A DNA stretch of 64,000 nt, taken from the NCBI GenBank assembly GCA_003345545.1, contig PRDH01000076.1:1-64000 (forward strand), written 5' to 3'. The stretch comes from Candidatus Thorarchaeota archaeon. Lineage in GTDB: Archaea; Asgardarchaeota; Thorarchaeia; Thorarchaeales; Thorarchaeaceae. Made by a program: the position numbers and the translations under genes. A model generated the notes under the pieces. It was not told the DNA's origin. It did no database searches and saw only the letters and a program-made list of their open reading frames with translations. Positions 27,346 through 37,388 of this stretch are shown here, one piece after another. How positions within the stretch are numbered: the stretch's first letter is position 1; each line of letters begins with the position of its first letter.

Positions 27346-29862
27346 ATGACGAGTGTTAAGCACGTCTTTATCCTAAGTATTTTGATCCTCCCGATGTTCA
27401 TTCTTGCACCAGCGATGGTTCCAGGAATGAATGACACTCAAGCCAATCTGATGCAAGTTGATGGTTCTGTACCAGCTCAGTTTGCTCAGGAGACCTTGAG
27501 AGTTGCAGTATACGCTGAGCCGAATACGACTCTGCCATCATACGCAACGGGGGGTGTGTACACTAGCTACTATCAGAATGTCGTTAATTTCCTTGTTTCT
27601 GCAGGGTATGCAGTGACAGCATTAACGACCCAGGATATTCTAGATCACAAACTGATGGTTGCTGGCTATGATGCCTTTGTCTTGCCAAATCAATTGCCAA
27701 GAGAGAGCATAGTCAACTACATCAAAGACTACTGGCTTGGTGGTGGAGGGATTCTTAGCTTCGATGGGAGCATTGGTTACTGCTTCTACGCGGGATTCAT
27801 TGATTCTAGTCTTGAGGGTGATTTTGAGTTGACTCCACCAGCAGTCCCCGGGTATTGGGCATTGATGGATGATGTATTGAAAGTCAGAGTAAGCGAACGT
27901 CATCCTGTCACAAAAGCCTACGCTCTCGGTGCTGAATTCTCCATGCCATCAGGGAATTTCACCAAGGTTAACGGCATCAATCTTCCATCGATTGTTGGAG
28001 ATCGAATGCACTCACTAGTGACCTGGAATGAGTCAGCCATGATACCACTAGTTGTGGCTTTTGACAATCCTAACAGAGGAGGAAGGATAGTACAGGTGCC
28101 AACGACTGGCAGTCCTATTCCTTCTTGGCTGAGTCCGATTATCATTGACTCGATTGACTGGCTTGCACCTAGACCAAAGGCAAGAGTGGCTTTTGACTTC
28201 TCGAAGACTCCATACTATGGTGTTGACGATTGGGACGAAAACGTATCTTTTGTACCCAGATACAATATCTGGAGAGATTTCTTGGTCAATCATTCATTTA
28301 CGGTTGACAAACTGTACCCGCCAGTCGGAGGAGCACTTGCTGTTTCTGATGTTGCACCCTTCGATGTGTTGATAATAAGCCTTCCAGCTGACAACTATTC
28401 TGCGTTCGAAATGACAAGCGTCATCAGACCATTTGTTGTCAACGGAGGAGGTCTGTTCTATCTTACAGACTACCATTCCCTAAATCCAGAAGGTCATGAG
28501 AATATGAATGAACTCATCGCACCTTGGGGTTTCGATATTTCAGGTGAATACACAGACATGGGCATATTCACAACTACTGACTTCGATGAGCATCCAACCC
28601 TTGAGAATATTGGAGGCACATACATGGCAGGAGGCGAATGGGTCAATATCACAGGAGGGGCGTACTCAATAATCAGGCAAGGGCCTAATATCGCAGTCGC
28701 TGGCTGCGAAGTCGGTTATGGAAGAGTCATTGTTTCGGGCGATATCAATTTCCTAGACTACAACAATATCGATAATGATGACAACAGGATTTTTGCAGTC
28801 AATACCATAAACTGGTTATCATCAGGAACTGCAGACGTCTTAGTCTATACCGATGGCGGGAGCTTGATCGGTCCAGATTTCAACTATTACAGATCTTCTA
28901 TAGCTAATGCGCTCAATGGTCTTGGGATTTCATTCTTCATGACCAATGACGTAAACTACTTTAACCTCAGCCTAGCGACGGGAAGTTGGAGTCTGGTGAT
29001 ATATGATGCCAACGCTATGAGTCAACTGAACTATGATCGCCTGGTTCAACATCTGGAAGGTGGTGGGAAGCTCATTATGCGCGATTTCAGGTTCAGGTTT
29101 ACTGGAGTTCCTCTCTGGAACTACATCGGATTTGAAGGAAACGTCACTACCATAACTGCAGGACCGCCAACGGTCCACTTGTGGACTCCAGCACATCCAG
29201 TATTCAACCTCCCTGTTGACTACGGGGCGGCAAACATCAGTTCCAGTTCGGACCACTTCAACACCGACTTCACACATGTCGTGCTGTTCGCCAATGCTAC
29301 AGCATTAGCAGGAATAACACTCACTCCAGAAGAGAACATGTCAGCGATTGTCCTCGGTGCTGGCGGACAAGCCATATGCAACATGTTTGCAATATCCGAG
29401 TATGAGGGGGATACAGATGATTCCACATACGCAGACAACTTCGAGCTATTCACGAATGAGATAGCTTTCTTGTACTTCGACAGACCCACCCTCGACCATC
29501 CGGCTGATGTCGCCTATATGGAAACAGAAACGGGTAATGAGATCACATGGAGCCCGACCGCACCAGCTGGAGCATGGGAGTACATCTTGAGTGTCAATGG
29601 TACTCCACTAGCCGCTACGCACTGGAGCGGTGGCCCCGTTACAATAGATGTAGATGGTCTGAATGCCTCGACTACAACCTACGAGCTTACAGTCTTTGAT
29701 CGACTTGGCTACAGTGTTTCGGATCTAGTCATCCTGAACGTGACCGAATACGTTGCACCATGGCTGTTTGGCATCGACCCATTACTGCTCGTCGCGGTTG
29801 TCGGCGGTATTGCTGCAGTCATTGTAGTAGTAGTCATTGTGATGAAAAAGAAGAGCAAGTAA
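27346..29862 (+). CDS. Large cell-surface glycoprotein with tandem class-I GATase-like (DUF4350/GIFT-like) domains
   Basis: Signal peptide; three repeats with [YF]..GGG.L; VAFDFSK...GRVIVSGD.NF; many NxS/T; C-terminal TM plus KKKSK; TATA-like TTTATAA at ~27303. Confidence 0.75.
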   Translation: MTSVKHVFILSILILPMFILAPAMVPGMNDTQANLMQVDGSVPAQFAQETLRVAVYAEPNTTLPSYATGGVYTSYYQNVVNFLVSAGYAVTALTTQDILDHKLMVAGYDAFVLPNQLPRESIVNYIKDYWLGGGGILSFDGSIGYCFYAGFIDSSLEGDFELTPPAVPGYWALMDDVLKVRVSERHPVTKAYALGAEFSMPSGNFTKVNGINLPSIVGDRMHSLVTWNESAMIPLVVAFDNPNRGGRIVQVPTTGSPIPSWLSPIIIDSIDWLAPRPKARVAFDFSKTPYYGVDDWDENVSFVPRYNIWRDFLVNHSFTVDKLYPPVGGALAVSDVAPFDVLIISLPADNYSAFEMTSVIRPFVVNGGGLFYLTDYHSLNPEGHENMNELIAPWGFDISGEYTDMGIFTTTDFDEHPTLENIGGTYMAGGEWVNITGGAYSIIRQGPNIAVAGCEVGYGRVIVSGDINFLDYNNIDNDDNRIFAVNTINWLSSGTADVLVYTDGGSLIGPDFNYYRSSIANALNGLGISFFMTNDVNYFNLSLATGSWSLVIYDANAMSQLNYDRLVQHLEGGGKLIMRDFRFRFTGVPLWNYIGFEGNVTTITAGPPTVHLWTPAHPVFNLPVDYGAANISSSSDHFNTDFTHVVLFANATALAGITLTPEENMSAIVLGAGGQAICNMFAISEYEGDTDDSTYADNFELFTNEIAFLYFDRPTLDHPADVAYMETETGNEITWSPTAPAGAWEYILSVNGTPLAATHWSGGPVTIDVDGLNASTTTYELTVFDRLGYSVSDLVILNVTEYVAPWLFGIDPLLLVAVVGGIAAVIVVVVIVMKKKSK

Positions 29863-29869
29863 TTCACTA

Positions 29870-29909
29870 GAGATGCTGTCGCAATCAGCATCTCCTCCTT
29901 CCTTTTTTT
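29870..29909 (+). terminator. Hairpin plus U-tract terminator
   Basis: GAGATGCTG-7nt-CAGCATCTC followed by pyrimidine run and T7. Confidence 0.7.
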
Positions 29910-30002
29910 CAGCCCATCAGACCCGTTGTTAATACAATAACACAAAAGGCAAATAGCCCTCTCTAGTGTTATTCGGTCGGGAGGCTGCAGTCCCTGAGTA
30001 CT

Positions 30003-30878
30003 ATGCGCCGCAGCAAAGGAACAACACATCTAGCCTATGTTCAGAAGGTCTGTGAACTGAGTAGGCGGGGTGACATGAACGCGGTAGCAGACATAATGAA
30101 GGGATACTACAGGGACCGAGAAGGGAATCCTTGGCATAGAATGTACAATGATATTCAGACCTACTGGAACAAGGAGAACCCAAAGCAGGATGTCGCAGAG
30201 ACCCTTCTCCTACTTAGAGAAGCAGTGTTTGGAGCCCTTGACATTCTCTCTTTTGGGCTGATATCGGCCATATCTACGCCAGATGTCGTGACTGCGATGA
30301 CCAGCGAAGCAAGTTGGAATGCAGGCAGAAGAAGGGTCCGGAACATGTGCCTCGACGCAGCTGACGGGCTCATAGCAAAGGGGGATGTTCGCTATTTAAT
30401 GCCTACATCACTCAGACGTGATGACTTCGCCTTTTTGGTTCCAAGAGTAGAGGAAGCTCAGTGGGAGATCTTTAGGAAGGCCAGACCGAAGGTCAGCAGA
30501 GGAAAGCTGGACCTATCGAAACTTGAGGAGTCGGTATTAGGGAGTCGTTTTCTCCGTGATCAGATGATTATGGATACGAAACTGAAGGCAGACGACCCCA
30601 GAATACCGGCAATCATCGAGGCATACGATCTCCAATTGGTGGAGATTGAGGTAGACCAGAGTACGAGGATTCAGCCGCCGGCTCCGACTGAGCAGACAAC
30701 GCTCAATGGAGAGGTAGTTCAGGAGGTTGAGAGAGAGAAGGAGAGTCCAGCCAAGAAACGGAGAGAGGCTGAGGTCGCAACACCTCTTATGGACTTCCTT
30801 GAACAGCCTAATAGCAAAACACAAAGAAAAGCGACTGATGCGCGAAGGAAGAAGAGCAGGAGGCGGCAGAGCAAATGA
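30003..30878 (+). CDS. Hypothetical protein with basic C-terminal tail
   Basis: 291-aa ORF, ATGA overlap with next gene. Confidence 0.7.
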   Translation: MRRSKGTTHLAYVQKVCELSRRGDMNAVADIMKGYYRDREGNPWHRMYNDIQTYWNKENPKQDVAETLLLLREAVFGALDILSFGLISAISTPDVVTAMTSEASWNAGRRRVRNMCLDAADGLIAKGDVRYLMPTSLRRDDFAFLVPRVEEAQWEIFRKARPKVSRGKLDLSKLEESVLGSRFLRDQMIMDTKLKADDPRIPAIIEAYDLQLVEIEVDQSTRIQPPAPTEQTTLNGEVVQEVEREKESPAKKRREAEVATPLMDFLEQPNSKTQRKATDARRKKSRRRQSK

Positions 30879-32365
30879 TCAAGGCGCAACCTGTTGATAT
30901 TCAGAGTCAAGAGGTCACAGCTCTGCAGAACCTTCGCAAAATTGCGTGGGACATTGATTCTCCCAACATGGGCATCATGTACGATGCAGTAGGTCGACTA
31001 GCATCCATCTCGGCGGGCCGTCTGCTTCTCCCGAAGGCACTGGAACTGCTGAACTCCAAGGACCGCAATATCAAGCAGGCTGCTTTTACTGTCGCAGGCA
31101 AGAATGCGTATGGCAAATATCTGGATGAGTTTTTCGCGGCCTTGAACGATCTTAATCCAGCAGAACGTGAGCAGACCCTGCAAGGTATCCAAGAGATGTT
31201 CAGTCAGACTGGAGGACCTACATCAAATCATGAACAGAAGAATTGGATCAAGAACCTTGAGGGACTCGGAAGGGAACATCAACCAGCTATCTTTGAACTC
31301 ATGATTCACTTGGGCACCCTTGGGAAGACTTGGATCATTAGGCAGATTCGTGATAATATCAGGGGTATCTCATTGGGAGCTGTCCCAACTCTGAGTATGT
31401 TCCCCGAGAGTGAGAAGAAGAGCATGATTAGTCTGTTGAGCAGCAGAGCAGCCAAAGAACGTAGAGACCTCCTCCCCTACATCTGTGGAATCGTGGACCA
31501 TCAGACCCAGAGTCACTTGCAAGTCTTCATGCGCAAGAGCACTTGGCAAGAGAGAGCAGATATCGCAGTTGCAGTTGCGGCACTTGGGATCAAGTCTTCA
31601 TCTGGACTGGTCATGGAGCTAGTTGCTGACACCAAATGGCAGGTTAAGCAAGCTCTCCTGGAGAACGCAAGAATCGAGAGCTCAAGAGTGTCTGCTCTCT
31701 TCACAGTCCTCAGTCATCTCTTGGCCGAAAGCCACACTCGCGTGAGAGCACAGGCTGAGAGAACTCTCCTTCAACTGGGAAATGTTGCATGTGAGGATGT
31801 GACAATCAAGGAACAGAGGAAGAAGCTCGAGAAACGGTTCCGCACTCAGTTGCTGAAAGCAGCACAGGCGAACAAAGACATCGAGGTCAAGTGGCTTGGT
31901 ATTGAACGCAAACAGATGGACCCAATGTCCGAGATAATGGAGAGGATTTCGCCAGACGTTGAAGACACCGATCTGATTGCTGCTGCAGTAACTCCTGAGG
32001 GCGTTAGCCTTGCAGATTTTGCAGTAGAGAAACCGTCTGCGGTTGAGGATGAAGAAAAAGCCTCACTGCTCTCTGCGCTCCTTGGCGCAAGGAATAACGC
32101 AGTGGCTGAAACGAAGATCATGAAGGTGGAAGAACCACTTTTGTTGGATCCTACGATTCCAGCGGCCAGCAGATTCATTTTGGTCATGCAAAAGGTCGCA
32201 GAAGATGTGGGGAAGGATGTACCTATCACTCTCCTGTCGACCAAGTGTTCAGAGGCAGGGCTCACGAAGGAGGATTTCGAAAAGGCTCTCAACGAACTTG
32301 AACAGCAAGGCATTGTCTATCGGTCAAGCAAGGGTTCTGTGAGCTATGTGGATATTGAACTCTGA
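30875..32365 (+). CDS. HEAT-repeat protein with C-terminal winged helix
   Basis: LLNSKDRNIKQAA, TWQERADIA, LVADTKWQVKQA, LAESHTRVRAQA; C-terminal GLTKEDFEKALNELEQQGIVY.S.KG.V. Confidence 0.75.
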   Translation: MIKAQPVDIQSQEVTALQNLRKIAWDIDSPNMGIMYDAVGRLASISAGRLLLPKALELLNSKDRNIKQAAFTVAGKNAYGKYLDEFFAALNDLNPAEREQTLQGIQEMFSQTGGPTSNHEQKNWIKNLEGLGREHQPAIFELMIHLGTLGKTWIIRQIRDNIRGISLGAVPTLSMFPESEKKSMISLLSSRAAKERRDLLPYICGIVDHQTQSHLQVFMRKSTWQERADIAVAVAALGIKSSSGLVMELVADTKWQVKQALLENARIESSRVSALFTVLSHLLAESHTRVRAQAERTLLQLGNVACEDVTIKEQRKKLEKRFRTQLLKAAQANKDIEVKWLGIERKQMDPMSEIMERISPDVEDTDLIAAAVTPEGVSLADFAVEKPSAVEDEEKASLLSALLGARNNAVAETKIMKVEEPLLLDPTIPAASRFILVMQKVAEDVGKDVPITLLSTKCSEAGLTKEDFEKALNELEQQGIVYRSSKGSVSYVDIEL

Positions 32366-32424
32366 GGACCTCACACAAGACTAATGAGTAAAGCGTCATG
32401 GTATGATATGAAGGAGCTAGACCG

Positions 32425-33753
32425 ATGAGTGAAGACCTGCTTATCAAGAATGGACTCATTGTGACAGGAAACGAAAGAGGGGCAATCTACGGGAAGGGTC
32501 ATGTCAGCGTTTCAAATGGAATGATCACGTCTATTGGTCCCGGCGGTCCTTCAATGAAAGCGGATACCGTGATTGACGCTTCCGGTTGTGTAGTTATCCC
32601 TGGTCTGATCACAGCTCACACGCATCTATACGGAATTCTCTTGCGTGGCGCATCGTTGAATGTCGACCCACCAACTGACTTCGCACAGGTTCTCCAACGC
32701 GTGTGGTGGCCATTAGATGAGGCATTGACCGTTGACGATGCATATGCCAGTGCTCTCTCAGCATCTGCAGATATGCTTCTCAATGGTTCGACACTCTATG
32801 CAGATACATACTCTGGGCCTAACTCGATTGAAGGGAGCTTGGATGCTATTGCACGTGGCACGAGAGAAGTGGGCATTCGGGGCATAGTTGCCTTTGAGAT
32901 GACAGAGAGACATAGTCAACAGGAGGGCGAGAGAGGTTTCCAGGAGGGATTGCGTTTTATCAAGTCACTCAAGAAAAACGACTTGGTTTCGGGAATGATG
33001 AGTATTCATGCGTCTTTCACAGTTGGCGACGAGATTGTAGCCAAGACTGTCAATGAAGCAAAGAAGCTGAATGTGCCAATTACGGTCCACACTTCAGAGG
33101 GGCTGGTGGACCTTTACCACAATCTTGAGCGCTCAGGAGAGCGTACAGTTGAGAGGTTGAGCAGACTCGGAGTCCTCGGCCCAAGAACAGTTCTTGCTCA
33201 TTGTGTCCATGTCAATGACCACGAGATGGACCTGATTGCCGAATCAAAGACATCTGTGGCTCACAATCCGATGAGTAATATGCTGAATGCAGTTGGGGTA
33301 TCACCAGTTCCATCAATGCTGAAGCGGGGCATTACTGTGGGACTTGGCAATGATGGATGGATCTATGACCCATTTGAAAACATGCGATGTGCACTCACGG
33401 TCCATAGACTCGCGAGCGGTAATCCTAGTGCAATAGGGCCAGAGCAGATCTTCAGAATGGCGACACTTGATGGAGCTCGTTGTTACGGGATGGATAGTAG
33501 AATAGGTAGTCTGGAAGAAGGGAAATCAGCAGACATCGTGATTCTGGATGGATCTAGAGTACCGACGCCCTTGACCAAAGACTCAGTCATTGGACACCTA
33601 TTGAACACATTCGGAGGTAGCGATGTGAGAGATGTCTTTGTCGGAGGAATCCATTCTGTTGAGAACAGCAGGCTGAAGCTGACTTCTCAAAGCAATGTTG
33701 CTAAGATCTCGAGAGAGTCTGCAAGAAGCCTTTGGAGTCGCTTGAACAAATAG
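32425..33753 (+). CDS. Metal-dependent amidohydrolase (SsnA/MtaD-like deaminase)
   Basis: PGLITAHTHLY, HASFT, HTSEG, LAHCVH, HNPMSN, GLGND. Confidence 0.88.
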   Translation: MSEDLLIKNGLIVTGNERGAIYGKGHVSVSNGMITSIGPGGPSMKADTVIDASGCVVIPGLITAHTHLYGILLRGASLNVDPPTDFAQVLQRVWWPLDEALTVDDAYASALSASADMLLNGSTLYADTYSGPNSIEGSLDAIARGTREVGIRGIVAFEMTERHSQQEGERGFQEGLRFIKSLKKNDLVSGMMSIHASFTVGDEIVAKTVNEAKKLNVPITVHTSEGLVDLYHNLERSGERTVERLSRLGVLGPRTVLAHCVHVNDHEMDLIAESKTSVAHNPMSNMLNAVGVSPVPSMLKRGITVGLGNDGWIYDPFENMRCALTVHRLASGNPSAIGPEQIFRMATLDGARCYGMDSRIGSLEEGKSADIVILDGSRVPTPLTKDSVIGHLLNTFGGSDVRDVFVGGIHSVENSRLKLTSQSNVAKISRESARSLWSRLNK

Positions 33754-33945
33754 GAAGTACGCATGCTAGCCAATTCCCCTGCCTTTCAAGTACATTCCAT
33801 TGCAACTATCGTGAAAATGACATTGCCAGAATCTATGCACCTGTATCCCATTGAATACCCTGCGGGAACGCCAAAAAAGAGTGAATAGGTGGTGTTTGCC
33901 ACCACCCAATAATGAACTGATAGATGGGACAATGTCCCACTGATT

Positions 33946-34629
33946 CTACTTCCTGCGCATGCAGACAACTGCACCAACAATAATGACGATACCCACTCCA
34001 ATTCCGGCAAGGAGTATGTTCTCTCGTATCCAGCCTATGAGGTCGAAACCTGGCAGACCCTGTCGGACCATGTTGACTGTGCCCACCACAGACGTTTCGT
34101 TTGATGATGTCAAGGTCCAGTGAGCGAGCACGCCATCTGCCTTCAGGAAGTCAGCGTGCATGTCAGTGCTCCGGTTGAAGAGCTCATAGTCATTGAGGTC
34201 CATGCCCCAGTAGCCACCTGAGTCATAGACAGTCCCATTATAGACGTCGTCAGCGTTGTATAGCTCTGTCAAGAGGGTGTAGTTGCCGACGGGAAATATG
34301 AACCTGGGGGTTATGAACGCAAGAAAGATCATTAGGAACGCGGTCGAGAAATCTAGGTCAGTGAAATTCGCGAAGGTCATAGTACTATTCGCATATGGAA
34401 GGTCAAGCAGGATCGTCACGGTGTCGGTTATGGTTGACGTTGTATTGACCACGACGTACAGTTCCTCCGTATCAACTACTCCTTCGTCTGTAGTTGTTAG
34501 GTCGTAGCTCCAATGATCACCGGCTACGACTGCCCATTCAAGGCCTTGAGAGGACACAGCCGAAGCTGTTCCTGCTAGAAGCATTGCCACGACTGCAAAA
34601 GCCACCATGGCTCCAAGCGTGCGTCTCAT
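33946..34629 (-). CDS. Cell-surface glycoprotein, tandem paralog A
   Basis: Signal peptide, NxT/S sites, C-terminal TM plus MRRK. Confidence 0.8.
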   Translation of the reverse strand: MRRTLGAMVAFAVVAMLLAGTASAVSSQGLEWAVVAGDHWSYDLTTTDEGVVDTEELYVVVNTTSTITDTVTILLDLPYANSTMTFANFTDLDFSTAFLMIFLAFITPRFIFPVGNYTLLTELYNADDVYNGTVYDSGGYWGMDLNDYELFNRSTDMHADFLKADGVLAHWTLTSSNETSVVGTVNMVRQGLPGFDLIGWIRENILLAGIGVGIVIIVGAVVCMRRK

Positions 34630-34760
34630 TGTGTTTTCTCCTAAACCAGCGATAGCTGATTGATTGATGGTCTACGACGATGCTAAAAAAGATATTCTGT
34701 GTAGGAAATGGAAGTCACATGTAACTGATGATTTCCTATCCGCTAGAAACATTGCATATG

Positions 34761-34793
34761 GAAAGAAAAAGAAGAAATGGGGCAAAGCCCCAT
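34761..34793 (-). terminator. Hairpin plus U-rich tract after paralog B
   Basis: ATGGGGC-ttt-GCCCCAT then TTCTTCTTTTTCTTTC on the minus strand. Confidence 0.7.
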
Positions 34794-34798
34794 CTGAT

Positions 34799-35503
34799 CT
34801 ACTTCCTACGCATGCAGACGACTGCACCCAGAATGACGACGATACCTACTCCGACTCCTACCAGAAGCAGATTGTCTCGTATCCAGCCTACGATATCAAG
34901 ACCCGGCAAGCCCTGTCGAGTCATAATAATGGAGCCAGTCACTAGAGATGAGGTTGTATTCGTCATTGTTACAGTCCAATGGGCTAAAACCCCATCGTCC
35001 TTCAGGTAGTCGACATGGATGTCAATGCTTTGATTACTACCCTCACTGAACTCAAAGTCATTGAAGTTAACACCCCAATAACCACCTGAGTCATAGACAG
35101 TGCCATTATAGAAATCGTCAGCGTTGTATAGCTCTGTCAAGAGGGTATAGTTCCCGATTGGAAAGATAAAGGAGGGTGTAGCTACAAAAAGCAAGATGAA
35201 TATAAGCCCACTCCAGCCTAGGTCCGTACCATTCGCCCAACTTATATCTAGATCGAGATCATCAAATGGCAGTTCATCCAGGGCTGTTATGATATTGGGA
35301 ATGACCGGTCTTACCAAGACCTCCATGTAAATCACTTCGTCTGTTTCGACGACTCCTTCAGTAGTAGCTGTTATGTCAAAGTTCGACTGATCACCGACTG
35401 TGATTCCCCATTCAAGACCCTGAGAGGTCGCAGCCGATGCTGTGCCTGCTAGAAGCATCGCCAATACGGCAAAAGCCATTATGGCTTGAAGCGTGCGTCT
35501 CAT
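34799..35503 (-). CDS. Cell-surface glycoprotein, tandem paralog B
   Basis: Clear homolog of 33946-34629 (SQGLEW, GNYTLLTELYNADD, DGVLAHWT, VVCMRRK). Confidence 0.8.
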   Translation of the reverse strand: MRRTLQAIMAFAVLAMLLAGTASAATSQGLEWGITVGDQSNFDITATTEGVVETDEVIYMEVLVRPVIPNIITALDELPFDDLDLDISWANGTDLGWSGLIFILLFVATPSFIFPIGNYTLLTELYNADDFYNGTVYDSGGYWGVNFNDFEFSEGSNQSIDIHVDYLKDDGVLAHWTVTMTNTTSSLVTGSIIMTRQGLPGLDIVGWIRDNLLLVGVGVGIVVILGAVVCMRRK

Positions 35504-35636
35504 TTGTTTTTCTCCTAAACCAGCGATAGCTGATTGGCCGATTGTGAACGGTTAAGTTAAAAAACCTATTCAGCCGCAAACGTTGAATCGCAGACAGGTG
35601 CGGAGTCTTCAAAGAGTCATCGAGTACACCAGATAG

Positions 35637-36587
35637 GTGCAGGAATTGGATTCTAGATTGGAGTACAACGGTGTCATATTCGATGCTCACACGCATGCGA
35701 TAGATGCGAATGGTTTAGATATGTTAGTCGAAATTGAAACTGTCTTTGGAATCAATCAGGCACTACTGATCTGCCATAGTCAAGAAATCATGAGTTACGC
35801 AGAGAGAACGTATCCGGGTCGCTTCATATATGCGAAGTACTTCTCTGGTTCATCTCGTTTTACTGAAGGAGTGGGACCGATGTTGAAGGAAATCGCAACC
35901 CTGAAATCAGAAGGTTATCATCTCGCCAAAATGCAATCTGCACCAATGATGCGAGGACGTGCTTCCGCCAGTCCGGAATCGCTTCGATTGGACAGCAACG
36001 AAATGGCATGTTTCTTTGATGCTCTGATCGACGAGGGAGTCCCGTTCATGCTTCATCTCTCGGATCCCGATACCTACTATACCATTAATTATGCAGATCG
36101 TAGGTACTATACGTCAAAGGAACGTGACCTTGCTGAGCTCGAGGGAGTCATCGCCAGATATCCCAGCCTTCGATTTCAAATCGCCCACTTTGCCGCACAA
36201 CCTGAGATTCATAGGCTGGAGAATCTCGCGAGATGGTTCGAAACATATCCAAACTTCAATGTGGATACCGGCTCTGCGAGGTGGATGACAAGAGAGTTGA
36301 GCAAGGATTCCAGAAAGGCAAGAAGCTTCTTGATCAAGTACTCTGACAGACTTCACTTTGGAACAGACTGTGTTGCCTTCACCCCAGATCGAGGATACTA
36401 CGAGGGCAGGCATCTCGCTCTTCGTCTACTCTTGGAAACAGATGTCCGCAATGAGCCACTTCCCTTTACTGACGCAGATACTGCTGAAACAGGAGGGACC
36501 TTCATCAACGGACACAACCTTCCTGATTCAGTTTTGAAAAGAATCTATTGGGAAAATGCAGAACGCTTCTTCTCCGACTATCTGTAG
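35637..36587 (+). CDS. Amidohydrolase_2 family TIM-barrel hydrolase
   Basis: IFDAHTH, LHLSDP, QIAHF, VDT, FGTD, IYWENA. Confidence 0.85.
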   Translation: MQELDSRLEYNGVIFDAHTHAIDANGLDMLVEIETVFGINQALLICHSQEIMSYAERTYPGRFIYAKYFSGSSRFTEGVGPMLKEIATLKSEGYHLAKMQSAPMMRGRASASPESLRLDSNEMACFFDALIDEGVPFMLHLSDPDTYYTINYADRRYYTSKERDLAELEGVIARYPSLRFQIAHFAAQPEIHRLENLARWFETYPNFNVDTGSARWMTRELSKDSRKARSFLIKYSDRLHFGTDCVAFTPDRGYYEGRHLALRLLLETDVRNEPLPFTDADTAETGGTFINGHNLPDSVLKRIYWENAERFFSDYL

Positions 36588-36595
36588 CCGTGGCA

Positions 36596-37348
36596 CTAGA
36601 ATATGATCGAGAGGCAGGTGAGCGCTCCTTCGCACTTCTCGAATTCGCTCATTTCTACGGGGAGGATATCAAAACCAGCCTCCTTCAGGAGCTGTATTGA
36701 CTTTGGATGCTTATCTGACATCAGAATCACATCGTCAATGGCAAGGGTGTTTGCAGCGTATGCCTCATCAGCTGGAACTACCAGTCTTCTGTACTTCCTC
36801 AACAAGGGATGGTCAGCAAAGCGCTGGGTGACAACAAACGTTCCAGCACCAAGGAATGTTACATGGCTCTTAAGATGGACTATCGTGGGATCCTCAACAA
36901 CTTCAATTCGGGTTCTGAGCATATCCGAGGTCTGGAAAACGCCCTCATGATTTGTTCTCTCAGTGATACCACTGATCAGGTATTTCTCGAGATGAATCAC
37001 ATCGCCCCCCTCAATGGTAGCAGGAGCTTGTATTCGCCTAAGGCGTTTGTACTCACGAAGTATCTCTTCGACCTGTTCTTCCTCACCGCGGCGGCTTTCC
37101 TTGGCCATTCGCGTGATGACAGCCTTGTCCCTATGGATGACTACGGTGTCTTCCACAAAGCAAGAGTCAGGATGTGCTTCATCAACGGGGAGCCGGATTA
37201 TCTCAAGGCCCAATTCGTTCAGAATCCTGCAGTACTCCTGATGTTGCCTAATCGCGACGCTGAGGTCCAGTGTGTGATGCAGTGGATGTGATGATATGCA
37301 TCCCTTGAAGCTTGACGGAGGAGAGCGAACAATTGCATGTTCTGTCAT
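36596..37348 (-). CDS. Dimethylarginine dimethylaminohydrolase/amidinotransferase family
   Basis: PDSCFVED, RRGE, IEGGDV, HLKS, YAAN, GALTCLS. Confidence 0.9.
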   Translation of the reverse strand: MTEHAIVRSPPSSFKGCISSHPLHHTLDLSVAIRQHQEYCRILNELGLEIIRLPVDEAHPDSCFVEDTVVIHRDKAVITRMAKESRRGEEEQVEEILREYKRLRRIQAPATIEGGDVIHLEKYLISGITERTNHEGVFQTSDMLRTRIEVVEDPTIVHLKSHVTFLGAGTFVVTQRFADHPLLRKYRRLVVPADEAYAANTLAIDDVILMSDKHPKSIQLLKEAGFDILPVEMSEFEKCEGALTCLSIIF

Positions 37349-37388
37349 TTAGATCAGATGAAAAAGTAGTGATTCTTCCGGATAAGTG

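Noticed and set aside
33946-34060. PGF-CTERM archaeosortase signal
   Set aside because: PGF is ~10 residues before the TM and the paralog has PGL; support is weak
34214-35152. DGR template/variable repeat pair
   Set aside because: Mismatches are not adenine-specific, both copies are coding, and there is no reverse transcriptase
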